A DNA stretch of 64,000 bases from Auanema rhodensis (Eukaryota; Animalia; Nematoda), in assembly GCA_964057225.1 (NCBI GenBank), contig OZ059900.1, forward strand, positions 3,720,001-3,784,000. The letters are read 5' to 3'. Of this stretch, positions 12,251 to 27,049 are shown one piece after another. Under the pieces are notes generated by a model. That model made no database searches. It worked only from the letters and a program-made list of their open reading frames with translations, and was not told the origin of the DNA. How positions within the stretch are numbered: position 1 is the stretch's first letter; the number at the start of each line of letters is the position of its first letter. A program made the position numbers and the translations under genes.

Positions 12251-15200
12251 CAATACACGAAATAAGTTCATTTTTACGAGTTTGCACTGATATTTATTCA
12301 TTTTGATCAAAAAAGGTCGAAAATAGAAAGAATTTTTGAAATTTCCGAGTTTTGAGTCTAATTTGGCTAAATCGCTCATATATAAGATCAAAAGCATAGT
12401 TTTATTGTCTATGACAACAAAAGTCATCAATTAAACGCTAGTGATGTTTAAATACTGAATTTCGCTCAAATAGCATTACTACACTAAGTATGGTCGTTTT
12501 TATGCCTTTAACACCATATACTCACCGATTTTTGGTACAAAATCTGTAATACTCGTAAATTTTGATCATATTCGTTAAGATTTGAGAATCAAACATACAA
12601 TACACAAAATCAGTCTATTTTTATGAGCTTGCACTGATATATATTCATTTTGATCAAAAAAGCTCGAAAATAGAAAGAATTTTTGAAATTTCCGAGTTTT
12701 GAGTCTAATTTGGCTAAATCGCTCATTTATATGATCAGAAGCAAAGTTTTATTGTCTATGACAACAAAAGTCATCAATTAAACGCTAGTGATGTTTAAAT
12801 ACTAATTTTCGCTCAAATAGCATTACTACACTAAGTATGGTCGTTTTTATGCCTTTAACACCATATACTCACCGATCTTTGCTACAAAATCTGTAATACT
12901 TGTGAATTTTGATCATATTCGTTAAGATTCGAGAATCAAACACATAATACACGGAATAAGTCTATTTTTATGAGTTTACACTGATATTTATTCATTTTGA
13001 TCAAAAAAGGTCGAAAATAGAAAGAATTTTTGAAATTTCCGAGTTTTGAGTCCAATTTGGCTAAATCGCTCATATATATGATCAAAAGCATAGTTTTATT
13101 GTCTATAACAACAAAAGTCATCAATTAAACGCTAGTGATGTTTTAATACTGAATTTCGCTCAAATAGCATTACTACACTAAGTATGGTCGTTTTTATGCC
13201 TTTAACACCATATACTCACCGATTTTTGGTACAAAATCTGTGATACTCGTAAATTTTGATCATATTTGTTAAGATTCGAAAATCAAACACACAATACACG
13301 AAATAAGTTTATTTTTACAAGTTTGCACTGATATTTATTCATTTTGATCAAAAAAGGTCGAAAAAGGTCGAAAATAGAAAGAATTTTTGAAATTTCCGAG
13401 TTTTGAGTCTAATTTGGCTAAATCGCTCATATATATGATCAGAAGCATAGTTTTATTGTCTATGACAACAAAAGTCATTAATTAAACACTAATGATGTTT
13501 AAATCACTAAATTTCGCTCAAATAGCATTACTACACTAAGTATGGTCGTTTTTATGCCTTTAACACCATATACTCACCGATTTTTGGTACAAAATCTGTA
13601 ATACTCGTAAATTTTGATCATATTCGTTAAGATTTGAGAATCAAACACACAATACACAAAATCAGTCTATTTTTATGAGCTTGCACTGATATATATTCAT
13701 TTTGATCAAAAAAGCTCGAAAATAGAAAGAATTTTTGAAATTTCCGAGTTTTGAGTCTAATTTGGCTAAATCGCTCATTTATATGATCAGAAGCAAAGTT
13801 TTATTGTCTATGACAACAAAAGTCATCAATTAAACGCTAGTGATGTTTAAATACTAATTTTCGCTCAAATAGCATTACTACACTAAGTATGGTCGTTTTT
13901 ATGCCTTTAACACCATATACTCACCGATTTTTGCTACAAAATCTGTAATACTTGTGAATTTTGATCATATTCGTTAAGATTCGAGAATCAAACACATAAT
14001 ACACGAAATAAGTCTATTTTTATGAGTTTACACTGATATTTATTCATTTTGATCAAAAAAGGTCGAAAATAGAAAGAATTTTTGAAATTTCCGAGTTTTG
14101 AGTCCAATTTGGCTAAATCGCTCATATATATGATCAAAAGCATAGTTTTATTGTCTATAACAACAAAAGTCATCAATTAAACGCTAGTGATGTTTTAATA
14201 CTGAATTTCGCTCAAATAGCATTACTACACTAAGTATGGTCGTTTTTATGCCTTTAACACCATATACTCACCGATTTTTGGTACAAAATCTGTAATACTC
14301 GTAAATTTTGATCATATTTGTTAAGATTTGAGAATCAAACATACAATACACAAAATCAGTCTATTTTTATGAGCTTGCACTGATATATATTCATTTTGAT
14401 CAAAAAAGCTCGAAAATAGAAAGAATTTTTGAAATTTCCGAGTTTTGAGTCTAATTTGGCTAAATCGCTCATATATATGATCAGAAGCATAGTTTTATTG
14501 TCTATGACAACAAAAGTCATTAATTAAACACTAATGATGTTTAAATCACTAAATTTCGCTCAAATAGCATTACTACACTAAGTATGGTCGTTTTTATGCC
14601 TTTAACACCATATACTCACCGATTTTTGGTACAAAATCTGTGATACTCGTAAATTTTGATCATATTCGGTGAGATTCAAGAATCAAACACACAATACACA
14701 AAATCAGTCTATGTTTATGAGCTTGCACTGATATATATTCATTTTGATCAAAAAAGGTCGAAAATAGAAAGAATTTTTGAAATTTCCGAGTTTTGAGTCT
14801 AATTTGGCTAAATCGCTCATTTATATGATCAGAAGCAAAGTTCTATTGTCTATGACAACAAAAGTCATCAATTGAACGCTAGTGATGTTTAAATACTAAT
14901 TTTCGCTCAAATAGCATTACTACACTAAGTATGGTCGTTTTTATGCCTTTAACACCATATACTCACCGATTTTTGGTACAAAATCTGTAATACTTGTAAA
15001 TTTCGATCATATTCGTTAAGATTCGAGAATCAAACACATAATACACGAAATAAGTCTATTTTTATGAGTTTGCACTGATATTTATTCATTTTGATCAAAA
15101 AAGGTCGAAAATAGAAAGAATTTTTGAATTTTCCGAGTTTTGAGTCCAATTGGGCTAAATCGCTCATATATATGATCAAAAACATAGTTTTATTGTCTAT

Positions 15201-16830
15201 AACAACAAAAGTCATCAATTAAACGCTAGTGATGTTTAAATACTGATTTTCGCTCAAATAGCATTACTACACTAAGTATGGTCGTTTTTATGCCTTTAAC
15301 ACCATATACTCACCGATTTTTGGTACAAAATCTGTGATACTCGTAAATTTTGATCATATTCGGTGAGATTCGAGAATCAAACACACAATACACGAAATAA
15401 GTTCATTTTTACGAGTTTGCACTGATATTTATTCATTTTGATCAAAAAAGGTCGAAAATAGAAAGAATTTTTGAAATTTCCGAGTTTTGAGTCTAATTTG
15501 GCTAAATCGCTCATATATAAGATCAAAAGCATAGTTTTATTGTCTATGACAACAAAAGTCATCAATTAAACGCTAGTGATGTTTAAATACTGAATTTCGC
15601 TCAAATAGCATTACTACACTAAGTATGGTCGTTTTTATGCCTTTAACACCATATACTCACCGATTTTTGGTACAAAATCTGTAATACTCGTAAATTTTGA
15701 TCATATTCGTTAAGATTTGAGAATCAAACATACAATACACAAAATCAGTCTATTTTTATGAGCTTGCACTGATATATATTCATTTTGATCAAAAAAGCTC
15801 GAAAATAGAAAGAATTTTTGAAATTTCCGAGTTTTGAGTCTAATTTGGCTAAATCGCTCATTTATATGATCAGAAGCAAAGTTTTATTGTCTATGACAAC
15901 AAAAGTCATCAATTAAACGCTAGTGATGTTTAAATACTAATTTTCGCTCAAATAGCATTACTACACTAAGTATGGTCGTTTTTATGCCTTTAACACCATA
16001 TACTCACCGATCTTTGCTACAAAATCTGTAATACTTGTGAATTTTGATCATATTCGTTAAGATTCGAGAATCAAACACATAATACACGGAATAAGTCTAT
16101 TTTTATGAGTTTACACTGATATTTATTCATTTTGATCAAAAAAGGTCGAAAATAGAAAGAATTTTTGAAATTTCCGAGTTTTGAGTCCAATTTGGCTAAA
16201 TCGCTCATATATATGATCAAAAGCATAGTTTTATTGTCTATAACAACAAAAGTCATCAATTAAACGCTAGTGATGTTTTAATACTGAATTTCGCTCAAAT
16301 AGCATTACTACACTAAGTATGGTCGTTTTTATGCCTTTAACACCATATACTCACCGATTTTTGGTACAAAATCTGTGATACTCGTAAATTTTGATCATAT
16401 TTGTTAAGATTCGAAAATCAAACACACAATACACGAAATAAGTTTATTTTTACAAGTTTGCACTGATATTTATTCATTTTGATCAAAAAAGGTCGAAAAA
16501 GGTCGAAAATAGAAAGAATTTTTGAAATTTCCGAGTTTTGAGTCTAATTTGGCTAAATCGCTCATATATATGATCAGAAGCATAGTTTTATTGTCTATGA
16601 CAACAAAAGTCATTAATTAAACACTAATGATGTTTAAATCACTAAATTTCGCTCAAATAGCATTACTACACTAAGTATGGTCGTTTTTATGCCTTTAACA
16701 CCATATACTCACCGATTTTTGGTACAAAATCTGTAATACTCGTAAATTTTGATCATATTCGTTAAGATTTGAGAATCAAACACACAATACACAAAATCAG
16801 TCTATTTTTATGAGCTTGCACTGATATATA
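11450..16830. repeat. Tandem duplication with 9-monomer period (3135 bp = 9x347+10+2)
   Basis: ORF pairs 11895/15030, 12242/15377 and 12936/16071. Shared markers GATCTTTGC, ACACGGAAT and the 10-bp duplication at 13351/16486. Confidence 0.87.
13351..13370. repeat. 10-bp tandem micro-duplication (AAAAAGGTCG)x2 inside a monomer; also 16486-16505 and 44564-44583
   Basis: Reads GATCA-AAAAAGGTCG-AAAAAGGTCG-AAAATAG; other monomers have one copy. Confidence 0.95.
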
Positions 16831-19735
16831 TTCATTTTGATCAAAAAAGGTCGAAAATAGAAAGAATTTTTGAAATTTCCGAGTTTTGAGTCTAATTTGG
16901 CTAAATCGCTCATATATATGATCAGAAGCATAGTTTTATGGTCTATGACAACAAAAGTCATCAATTAAACGCTAGTGATGTTTAAATACTGATTTTCGCT
17001 CAAATAGCATTACTACACTAAGTATGGTCGTTTTTATGCCTTTAAAACCATATACTCACCGATTTTTGGTACAAAATCTGTAATACTCGTAAATTTCGAT
17101 CATATTCGTTAAGATTTGAGAATCAAACACACAATACACAAAATCAGTCTATTTTTATAAGCTTGCACTAATATATATTCATTTTGATCAAAAAAGGTCG
17201 AAAATAGAAAGAATTTTTGAAATTTCCGAGTTTTGAGTCTAATTTGGCTAAATCGCTCATATATATGATCAGAAGCATAGTTTTATGGTCTATGACAACA
17301 AAAGTCATCAATTAAACGCTAGTGATGTTTAAATACTGATTTTCGCTCAAATAGCATTACTACACTAAGTATGGTCGTTTTTATGCCTTTAACACCATAT
17401 ACTCACCGATTTTTGGTACAAAATCTGTGATACTCGTAAATTTTGATCATATTCGGTGAGATTCGAGAATCAAACACATAATACACGAAATAAGTTTATT
17501 TTTACGAGTTTGCACTGATATTTATTCATTTTGATCAAAAAAGGTCGAAAATAGAAAGAATTTTTGAAATTTCCGAGTTTTGAGTCCAATTGGGCTAAAT
17601 CGCTCATATATATGATCAAAAGCATAGTTTTACTGTCTATGATAACAAAAGTCATCAATTAAACGCTAGTGATGTTTAAATACTAATTTTCGCTCAAATA
17701 GCATTACTACACTAAGTATGGTCGTTTTTATGCCTTTAACACCATATACTCACCGATTTTTGGTACAAAATCTGTAATACTTGTAAATTTCGATCATATT
17801 CGGTGAGATTCGAGAATCAAACACACAATACACGAAATAAGTTCATTTTTACGAGTTTGCACTGATATTTATTCATTTTGATCAAAAAAGGTCGAAATTA
17901 GAAAGAATTTTTGAAATTTCCGAGTTTTGAGTCTAATTTGGCTAAATCGCTCATATATATGATCAAAAGCATAGTTTTATTGTCTATGACAACAAAAGTC
18001 ATCAATTAAACGGTAGTGATGTTTAAATACTGATTTTCGCTCAAATAGCATTACTACACTAAGTATGGTCGTTTTTATGCCTTTAACACCATATACTCAC
18101 CGATTTTTGGTACAAAATCTGTAATACTCGTAAATTTCGATCATATTTGTTAAGATTTGAGAATCAAACACACAATACACAAAATCAGTCTATTTTTATA
18201 AGCTTGCACTGATATATATTCATTTTGATCAAAAAAGGTCGAAAATAGAAAGAATTTTTGAAATTTCCGAGTTTTGAGTCTAATTTGGCTAAATCGCTCA
18301 TATATATGATCAGAAGCATAGTTTTATGGTCTATGACAACAAAAGTCATCAATTAAACGCTAGTGATGTTTAAATACTGATTTTCGCTCAAATAGCATTA
18401 CTACACTAAGTATGGTCGTTTTTATGCCTTTAACACCATATACTCACCGATTTTTGGTACAAAATCTGTGATACTCGTAAATTTTGATCATATTCGGTGA
18501 GATTCGAGAATCAAACACACAATACACGAAATAAGTTTATTTTTACGAGTTTGCACTGATATTTATTCATTTTGATCAAAAAAGGTCGAAAATAGAAAGA
18601 ATTTTTGAAATTTCCGAGTTTTGAGTCCAATTGGGCTAAATCGCTCATATATATGATCAAAAGCATAGTTTTACTGTCTATGATAACAAAAGTCATCAAT
18701 TAAACGCTAGTGATGTTTAAATACTGAATTTCGCTCAAATAGCATTACTACACTAAGTATGGTCGTTTTTATGCCTTTAACACCATATACTCACCGATTT
18801 TTGGTACAAAATCTGTAATACTCGTAAATTTTGATCATATTCGTTAAGATTCGAGAATCAAACACATAATACACGAAATAAGTCTATTTTTATGAGTTTA
18901 CACTGATATATATTCATTTTGATCAAAAAAGGTCGAAAATAGAAAGAATTTTTGAAATTTCCGAGTTTTGAGTCTAATTTGGCTAAATCGCTCATTTATA
19001 TGATCAGAAGCAAAGTTTTATTGTCTATGACAACAAAAGTCATCAATTAAACGCTAGTGATGTTTAAATACTGAATTTCGCTCAAATAGCATTACTACAC
19101 TAAGTATGGTCGTTTTTATGCCTTTAACACCATATACTCACCGATTTTTGGTACAAAATCTGTAATACTCGTAAATTTTGATCATATTCGTTAAGATTTG
19201 AGAATCAAACATACAATACACAAAATCAGTCTATTTTTATGAGCTTGCACTGATATATATTCATTTTGATCAAAAAAGGTCGAAAATAGAAAGAATTTTT
19301 GAAATTTCCGAGTTTTGAGTCTAATTTGGCTAAATCGCTCATATATATGATCAGAAGCATAGTTTTATGGTCTATGACAACCAAAGTCATCAATTAAACG
19401 CTAGTGATGTTTAAATACTGAATTTCGCTCAAATAGCATTACTACACTAAGTATGGTCGTTTTTATGCCTTTAACACCATATACTCACCGATTTTTGGTA
19501 CAAAATCTGTAATACTCGTAAATTTTGATCATATTCGTTAAGATTTGAGAATCAAACACACAATACACAAAATCAGTCTATTTTTATGAATTTGCATCGA
19601 TATATATTCATTTTGATCAAAAAAAGTCGAAAATAGAAAGAATTTTTGAATTTTCCGAGTTTTGAGTCCAATTGGGCTAAATCGCTCATATATATGATCA
19701 AAAGCATAGTTTTACTGTCTATGATAACAAAAGTC

Positions 19736-19775
19736 TTCAAATATACACTAATAATGATTAAATCACTGAATTTCA
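19736..19775. other. Divergent ~40-bp cassette variant of the monomer; also 24595-24634, 48806-48845 and 52971-53010
   Basis: AAGTCTTCAAATATACACTAATAATGATTAAATCACTGAATTTCACTC replaces AAGTCATCAATTAAACGCTAGTGATGTTTAAATACTGAATTTCGCTC (8 substitutions plus a 1-bp insertion). Confidence 0.93.
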
Positions 19776-22700
19776 CTCAAATAGCATTACTACACTAAGT
19801 ATGGTCGTTTTTATGCTTTTAACACCATATACTCACCGATTTTTGGTACAAAATCTGTGATACTCGTAAATTTTGATCATATTCGGTGAGATTCGAGAAT
19901 CAAACACACAATACACGAAATAAGTTTATTTTTACGAGTTTGCACTGATATTTATTCATTTTGATCAAAAAAGGTCGAAAATAGAAAGAATTTTTGAAAT
20001 TTCCGAGTTTTGAGTCTAATTTGGCTAAATCGCTCATATATATGATCAAAAGCATAATTTTATTGTCTATGACAACAAAAGTCATCAATTAAACGCTAGT
20101 GATGATTAAATACTGAATTTCGCTCAAATAGCATTACTACACTAAGTATGGTCGTTTTTATGCCTTTAACACCATATACTCACCGATTTTTGGTACAAAA
20201 TCTGTAATACTCGTAAATTTTGATCATATTCGTTAAGATTTGAGAATCAAACATACAATACACAAAATCAGTCTATGTTTATGAGCTTGCACTGATATAT
20301 ATTCATTTTGATCAAAAAAGGTCGAAAATAGAAAGAATTTTTGAAATTTCCGAGTTTTGAGTCTAATTTGGCTAAATCGCTCATTTATATGATCAGAAGC
20401 AAAGTTTTATTGTCTATGACAACAAAAGTCATCAATTAAACGCTAGTGATGTTTAAATACTAATTTTCGCTCAAATAGCATTACTACACTAAGTATGGTC
20501 GTTTTTATGCCTTTAACACCATATACTCACCGATTTTTGGTACAAAATCTGTAATACTTGTAAATTTTGATCATATTTGTTAAGATTCGAGAATCAAACA
20601 CATAATACACGAAATAAGTCTATTTTTATGAGTTTGCACTGATATTTATTCATTTTGATCAAAAAAGGTCGAAAATAGAAAGAATTTTTGAATTTTCCGA
20701 GTTTTGAGTCCAATTGGGCTAAATCGCTCATATATATGATCAAAAACATAGTTTTATTGTCTATAACAACAAAAGTCATCAATTAAACGCTAGTGATGTT
20801 TAAATACTGATTTTCGCTCAAATAGCATTACTACACTAAGTATGGTCGTTTTTATGCCTTTAACACCATATACTCACCGATTTTTGGTACAAAATCTGTG
20901 ATACTCGTAAATTTTGATCATATTCGGTGAGATTCGAGAATCAAACACACAATACACGAAATAAGTTCATTTTTACGAGTTTGCACTGATATTTATTCAT
21001 TTTGATCAAAAAAGGTCGAAAATAGAAAGAATTTTTGAAATTTCCGAGTTTTGAGTCTAATTTGGCTAAATCGCTCATATATAAGATCAAAAGCATAGTT
21101 TTATTGTCTATGACAACAAAAGTCATCAATTAAACGCTAGTGATGTTTAAATACTGAATTTCGCTCAAATAGCATTACTACACTAAGTATGGTCGTTTTT
21201 ATGCCTTTAACACCATATACTCACCGATTTTTGGTACAAAATCTGTAATACTCGTAAATTTTGATCATATTCGTTAAGATTTGAGAATCAAACATACAAT
21301 ACACAAAATCAGTCTATTTGTATGAGCTTGCACTGATATATATTCATTTTGATCAAAAAAGCTCGAAAATAGAAAGAATTTTTGAAATTTCCGAGTTTTG
21401 AGTCTAATTTGGCTAAATCGCTCATTTATATGATCAGAAGCAAAGTTTTATTGTCTATGACAACAAAAGTCATCAATTAAACGCTAGTGATGTTTAAATA
21501 CTAATTTTCGCTCAAATAGCATTACTACACTAAGTATGGTCGTTGTTATGCCTTTAACACCATATACTCACCGATTTTTGCTACAAAATCTGTAATACTT
21601 GTAAATTTTGATCATATTCGTTAAGATTCGAGAATCAAACACATAATACACGGAATAAGTCTATTTTTATGAGTTTGCACTGATATTTATTCATTTTGAT
21701 CAAAAAAGGTCGAAAATAGAAAGAATTTTTGAAATTTCCGAGTTTTGAGTCTAATTTGGCTAAATCGCTCATATATATGATCAAAAGCATAATTTTATTG
21801 TCTATGACAACAAAAGTCATCAATTAAACGCTAGTGATGTTTAAATACTGAATTTCGCTCAAATAGCATTACTACACTAAGTATGGTCGTTTTTATGCCT
21901 TTAACACCATATACTCACCGATTTTTGGTACAAAATCTGTAATACTCGTAAATTTTGATCATATTCGTTAAGATTCGAGAATCAAACACATAATACACGA
22001 AATAAGTCTATTTTTATGAGCTTGCACTGATATATATTCATTTTGATCAAAAAAGGTCGAAAATAGAAAGAATTTTTGAAATTTCCGAGTTTTGAGTCTA
22101 ATTTGGCTAAATCGCTCATTTATATGATCAGAAGCAAAGTTTTATTGTCTATGACAACAAAAGTCATCAATTAAACGCTAGTGATGTTTAAATACTGAAT
22201 TTCGCTCAAATAGCATTACTACACTAAGTATGGTCGTTTTTATGCCTTTAACACCATATACTCACCGATTTTTGCTACAAAATCTGTAATACTCGTAAAT
22301 TTTGATCATATTCGTTAAGATTCGAGAATCAAACACATAATACACGAAATAAGTCTATTTTTATGAGCTTGCACTGATATATATTCATTTTGATCAAAAA
22401 AGGTCGAAAATAGAAAGAATTTTTGAAATTTCCGAGTTTTGAGTCTAATTTGGCTAAATCGCTCATATATATGATCAGAAGCATAGTTTTATGGTCTATG
22501 ACAACCAAAGTCATCAATTAAACGCTAGTGATGTTTAAATACTGAATTTCGCTCAAATAGCATTACTACACTAAGTATGGTCGTTTTTATGCCTTTAACA
22601 CCATATACTCACCGATTTTTGGTACAAAATCTGTAATACTCGTAAATTTTGATCATATTCGTTAAGATTTGAGAATCAAACACACAATACACAAAATCAG

Positions 22701-25700
22701 TCTATTTTTATGAGCTTGCACTGATATATATTCATTTTGATCAAAAAAGGTCGAAAATAGAAAGAATTTTTGAAATTTCCGAGTTTTGAGTCTAATTTGG
22801 CTAAATCGCTCATATATATGATCAGAAGCATAGTTTTATGGTCTATGACAACAAAAGTCATCAATTAAACGCTAGTGATGTTTAAATACTGAATTTCACT
22901 CAAATAGCATTACTACACTAAGTATGGTCGTTTTTATGCTTTTAACACCATATACTCACCGATTTTTGGTACAAAATCTGTGATACTCGTAAATTTTGAT
23001 CATATTCGGTGAGATTCGAGAATCAAACACACAATACACGAAATAAGTTTATTTTTACGAGTTTGCACTGATATATATTCATTTTGATCAAAAAAGGTCG
23101 AAAATAGAAAGAATTTTTGAAATTTCCGAGTTTTGAGTCTAATTTGGCTAAATCGCTCATATATATGATCAGAAGCATAGTTTTATGGTCTATGACAACA
23201 AAAGTCATCAATTAAACGCTAGTGATGTTTAAATACTGAATTTCGCTCAAATAGCATTACTACACTAAGTATGGTCGTTTTTATGCCGTTAACACCATAT
23301 ACTCACCGATTTTTGGTACAAAATCTGTAATACTCGTAAATTTTGATCATATTCGTTAAGATTTGAGAATCAAACACACAATACACAAAATCAGTCTATT
23401 TTTATGAGTTTGCATCGATATATATTCATTTTGATCAAAAAAAGTCGAAAATAGAAAGAATTTTTGAATTTTCCGAGTTTTGAGTCCAATTGGGCTAAAT
23501 CGCTCATATATATGATCAAAAACATAGTTTTATTGTCTATAACAACAAAAGTCATCAATTAAACGCTAGTGATGTTTAAATACTGATTTTCGCTCAAATA
23601 GCATTACTACACTAAGTGTGGTCGTTTTTATGCCTTTAACACCATATACTCACCGATTTTTGGTACAAAATCTGTGATACTCGTAAATTTTGATCATATT
23701 CGGTGAGATTCGAGAATCAAACACACAATACACGAAATAAGTTCATTTTTACGAGTTTGCACTGATATTTATTCATTTTGATCAAAAAAGGTCGAAAATT
23801 GAAAGAATTTTTGAATTTTCCGAGTTTTGAGTCCAATTTGGCTAAATCGCTCATATATATGATCAAAAGCATAGTTTTATTTTCTATAACAACAAAAGTC
23901 ATCAATTAAACGCTAGTGATGTTTTAATACTGAATTTCGCTCAAATAGCATTACTACACTAAGTATGGTCGTTTATATGCCTTTAACACCATATACTCAC
24001 CGATTTTTGGTACAAAATCTGTGATACTCGTAAATTTTGATCATATTCGTTAAGATTCGAAAATCAAACACACAATACACGAAATAAGTTTATTTTTACA
24101 AGTTTGCACTGATATTTATTCATGTTGATCAAAAAAGGTCGAAAATAGAAAGAATTTTTGAAATTTCCGAGTTTTGAGTCTAATTTGGCTAAATCGCTCA
24201 TATATATGATCAGAAGCATAGTTTTATGGTCTATGACAACAAAAGTCATCAATTAAACGCTAGTGATGTTTAAATACTGATTTTCGCTCAAATAGCATTA
24301 CTACATTAAGTATGGTCGTTTTTATGCCTTTAACACCATATACTCACCGATTTTTGGTACAAAATCTGTAATACTCGTAAATTCTGATCATATTCGTTAA
24401 AATTTGAGAATCAAACACACAATACACAAAATCAGTCTATTTTTATGAGTTTGCATCGATATATATTCATTTTGATCAAAAAAAGTCGAAAATAGAAAGA
24501 ATTTTTGAATTTTCCGAGTTTTGAGTCCAATTGGGCTAAATCGCTCATATATATGATCAAAAGCATAGTTTTACTGTCTATGATAACAAAAGTCTTCAAA
24601 TATACACTAATAATGATTAAATCACTGAATTTCACTCAAATAGCATTACTACACTAAGTATGGTCGTTTTTATGCCTTAAACACCATATACTCACCGATT
24701 TTTGGTACAAAATCTGTGATACTCGTAAATTTTGATCATATTCGGTGAGATTCGAAAATCAAACACACAATACACGAAATAAGTTTATTTTTACGAGTTT
24801 GCACTGATATTTATTCATTTTGATCAAAAAAGGTCGAAAATAGAAAGAATTTTTGAAATTTCCGAGTTTTGAGTCTAATTTGGCTAAATCGCTCATATAT
24901 ATGATCAGAAGCATAGTTTTATTGTCTATGACAACAAAAGTCATTAATTAAACACTAATGATGTTTAAATCACTAAATTTCGCTCAAATAGCATTACTAC
25001 ACTAAGTATGGTCGTTTTTATGCCTTTAACACCATATACTCACCGATTTTTGGTACAAAATCTGTAATACTCGTAAATTTTGATCATAATCGTTAAGATT
25101 TGAGAATCCAACACACAATACACAAAATCAGTCTATTTTTATAAGCTTGCACTGATATATATTCATTTTGATCAAAAAAGGTCGAAAATAGAAAGAAATT
25201 TTGAAATTTCCGAGTTTTGAGTCTAATTTGGCTAAATCGCTCATATATATGATCAGAAGCATAGTTTTATGGTCTATGACAACAAAAGTCATCAATTAAA
25301 CGCTAGTGATGTTTAAATACTGATTTTCGCTCAAATAGCATTACTACACTAAGTATGGTCGTTTTTATGCCTTTAACACCATATACTCACCGATTTTTGG
25401 TACAAAATCTGTGATACTCGTAAATTTTGATCATATTCGGTGAGATTCGAGAATCAAACACACAATACACGAAATAAGTTCATTTTTACGAGTTTGCACT
25501 GATATTTATTCATTTTGATCAAAAAAGGTCGAAAATAGAAAGAATTTTTGAAATTTCCGAGTTTTGAGTCTAATTTGGCTAAATCGCTCATATATATGAT
25601 CAAAAGCATAGTTTTATTGTCTATGACAACAAAAGTCATCAATTAAACGCTAGTGATGTTTAAATACTGAATTTCGCTCAAATAGCATTACTACACTAAG

Positions 25701-27049
25701 TATGGTCGTTTTTATGCCTTTAACACCATAAACTCACCGATTTTTGGTACAAAATCTGTAATACTCGTAAATTTTGATCATATTCGTTATGATTTGAGAA
25801 TCAAACATACAATACACAAAATCAGTCTATTTTTATGAGCTTGCACTGATATATATTCATTTTGATCAAAAAAGGTCGAAAATAGAAAGAATTTTTGAAA
25901 TTTCCGAGTTTTGAGTCTAATTTGGCTAAATCGCTCATTTATATGATCAAAAGCATAGTTTTATTGTCTATAACAACAAAAGTCATCAATTAAACGCTAG
26001 TGATGTTTTAATACTGAATTTCGCTCAAATAGCATTACTACACTAAGTATGGTCGTTTTTATGCCTTTAACACCATATACTCACCGATTTTTGGTACAAA
26101 ATCTGTGATACTCGTAAATTTTGATCATATTCGTTAAGATTCGAAAATCAAACACACAATACACGAAATAAGTTTATTTTTACAAGTTTGCACTGATATT
26201 TATTCATTTTGATCAAAAAAGGTCGAAAATAGAAAGAATTTTTGAAATTTCCGAGTTTTGAGTCTAATTTGGCTAAATCGCTCATATATATGATCAGAAG
26301 CATAGTTTTATTGTCTATAACAACAAAAGTCATTATTTAAACACTAATGATGTTTAAATCACTAAATTTCGCTCAAATAGCATTACTACACTAAGTATGG
26401 TCGTTTTTATGCCTTTAACACCATATACTCACCGATTTTTGGTACAAAATCTGTGATACTCGTAAATTTTGATCATATTGGGTGAGATTCGAGAATCAAA
26501 CACACAATACACGAAATAAGTTTATTTTTACGAGTTTGCACTGATATTTATTCATTTTGATCAAAAAAGGTCGAAAATAGAAAGAATTTTTGAAATTTCC
26601 GAGTTTTGAGTCTAATTTGGCTAAATCGCTCATATATATGATCAGAAGCATAGTTTTATTGTCTATGACAACAAAAGTCATTAATTAAACACTAATGATG
26701 TTTAAATCACTAAATTTCGCTCAAATAGCATTACTACACTAAGTATGGTCGTTTTTATGCCTTTAACACCATATACTCACCGATTTTTGGTACAAAATCT
26801 GTAATACTCGTAAATTTTGATCATATTCGTTAAGATTTGAGAATCAAACACACAATACACAAAATCAGTCTATTTTTATAAGCTTGCACTGATATATATT
26901 CATTTTGATCAAAAAAGGTCGAAAATAGAAAGAATTTTTGAAATTTCCGAGTTTTGAGTCTAATTTGGCTAAATCGCTCATATATATGATCAGAAGCATA
27001 GTTTTATGGTCTATGACAACAAAAGTCATCAATTAAACGCTAGTGATGT

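Larger units (their letters stand above)
1..18720. repeat. Long-range duplicated block, copy 1 (internally expanded relative to 35676-46800)
   Basis: Monomer variant order matches 35676-46800 at offsets 35675 (541/36216, 1235/36910, 1582/37257, 2227/37902), 35030 (2872/37902 to 8078/43108) and 28078 (15030/43108 to 18511/46589). Rare markers are shared: 49-bp deletion, GAGAATAAAAC, 10-bp duplication, AAACGGTAG. Confidence 0.9.
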
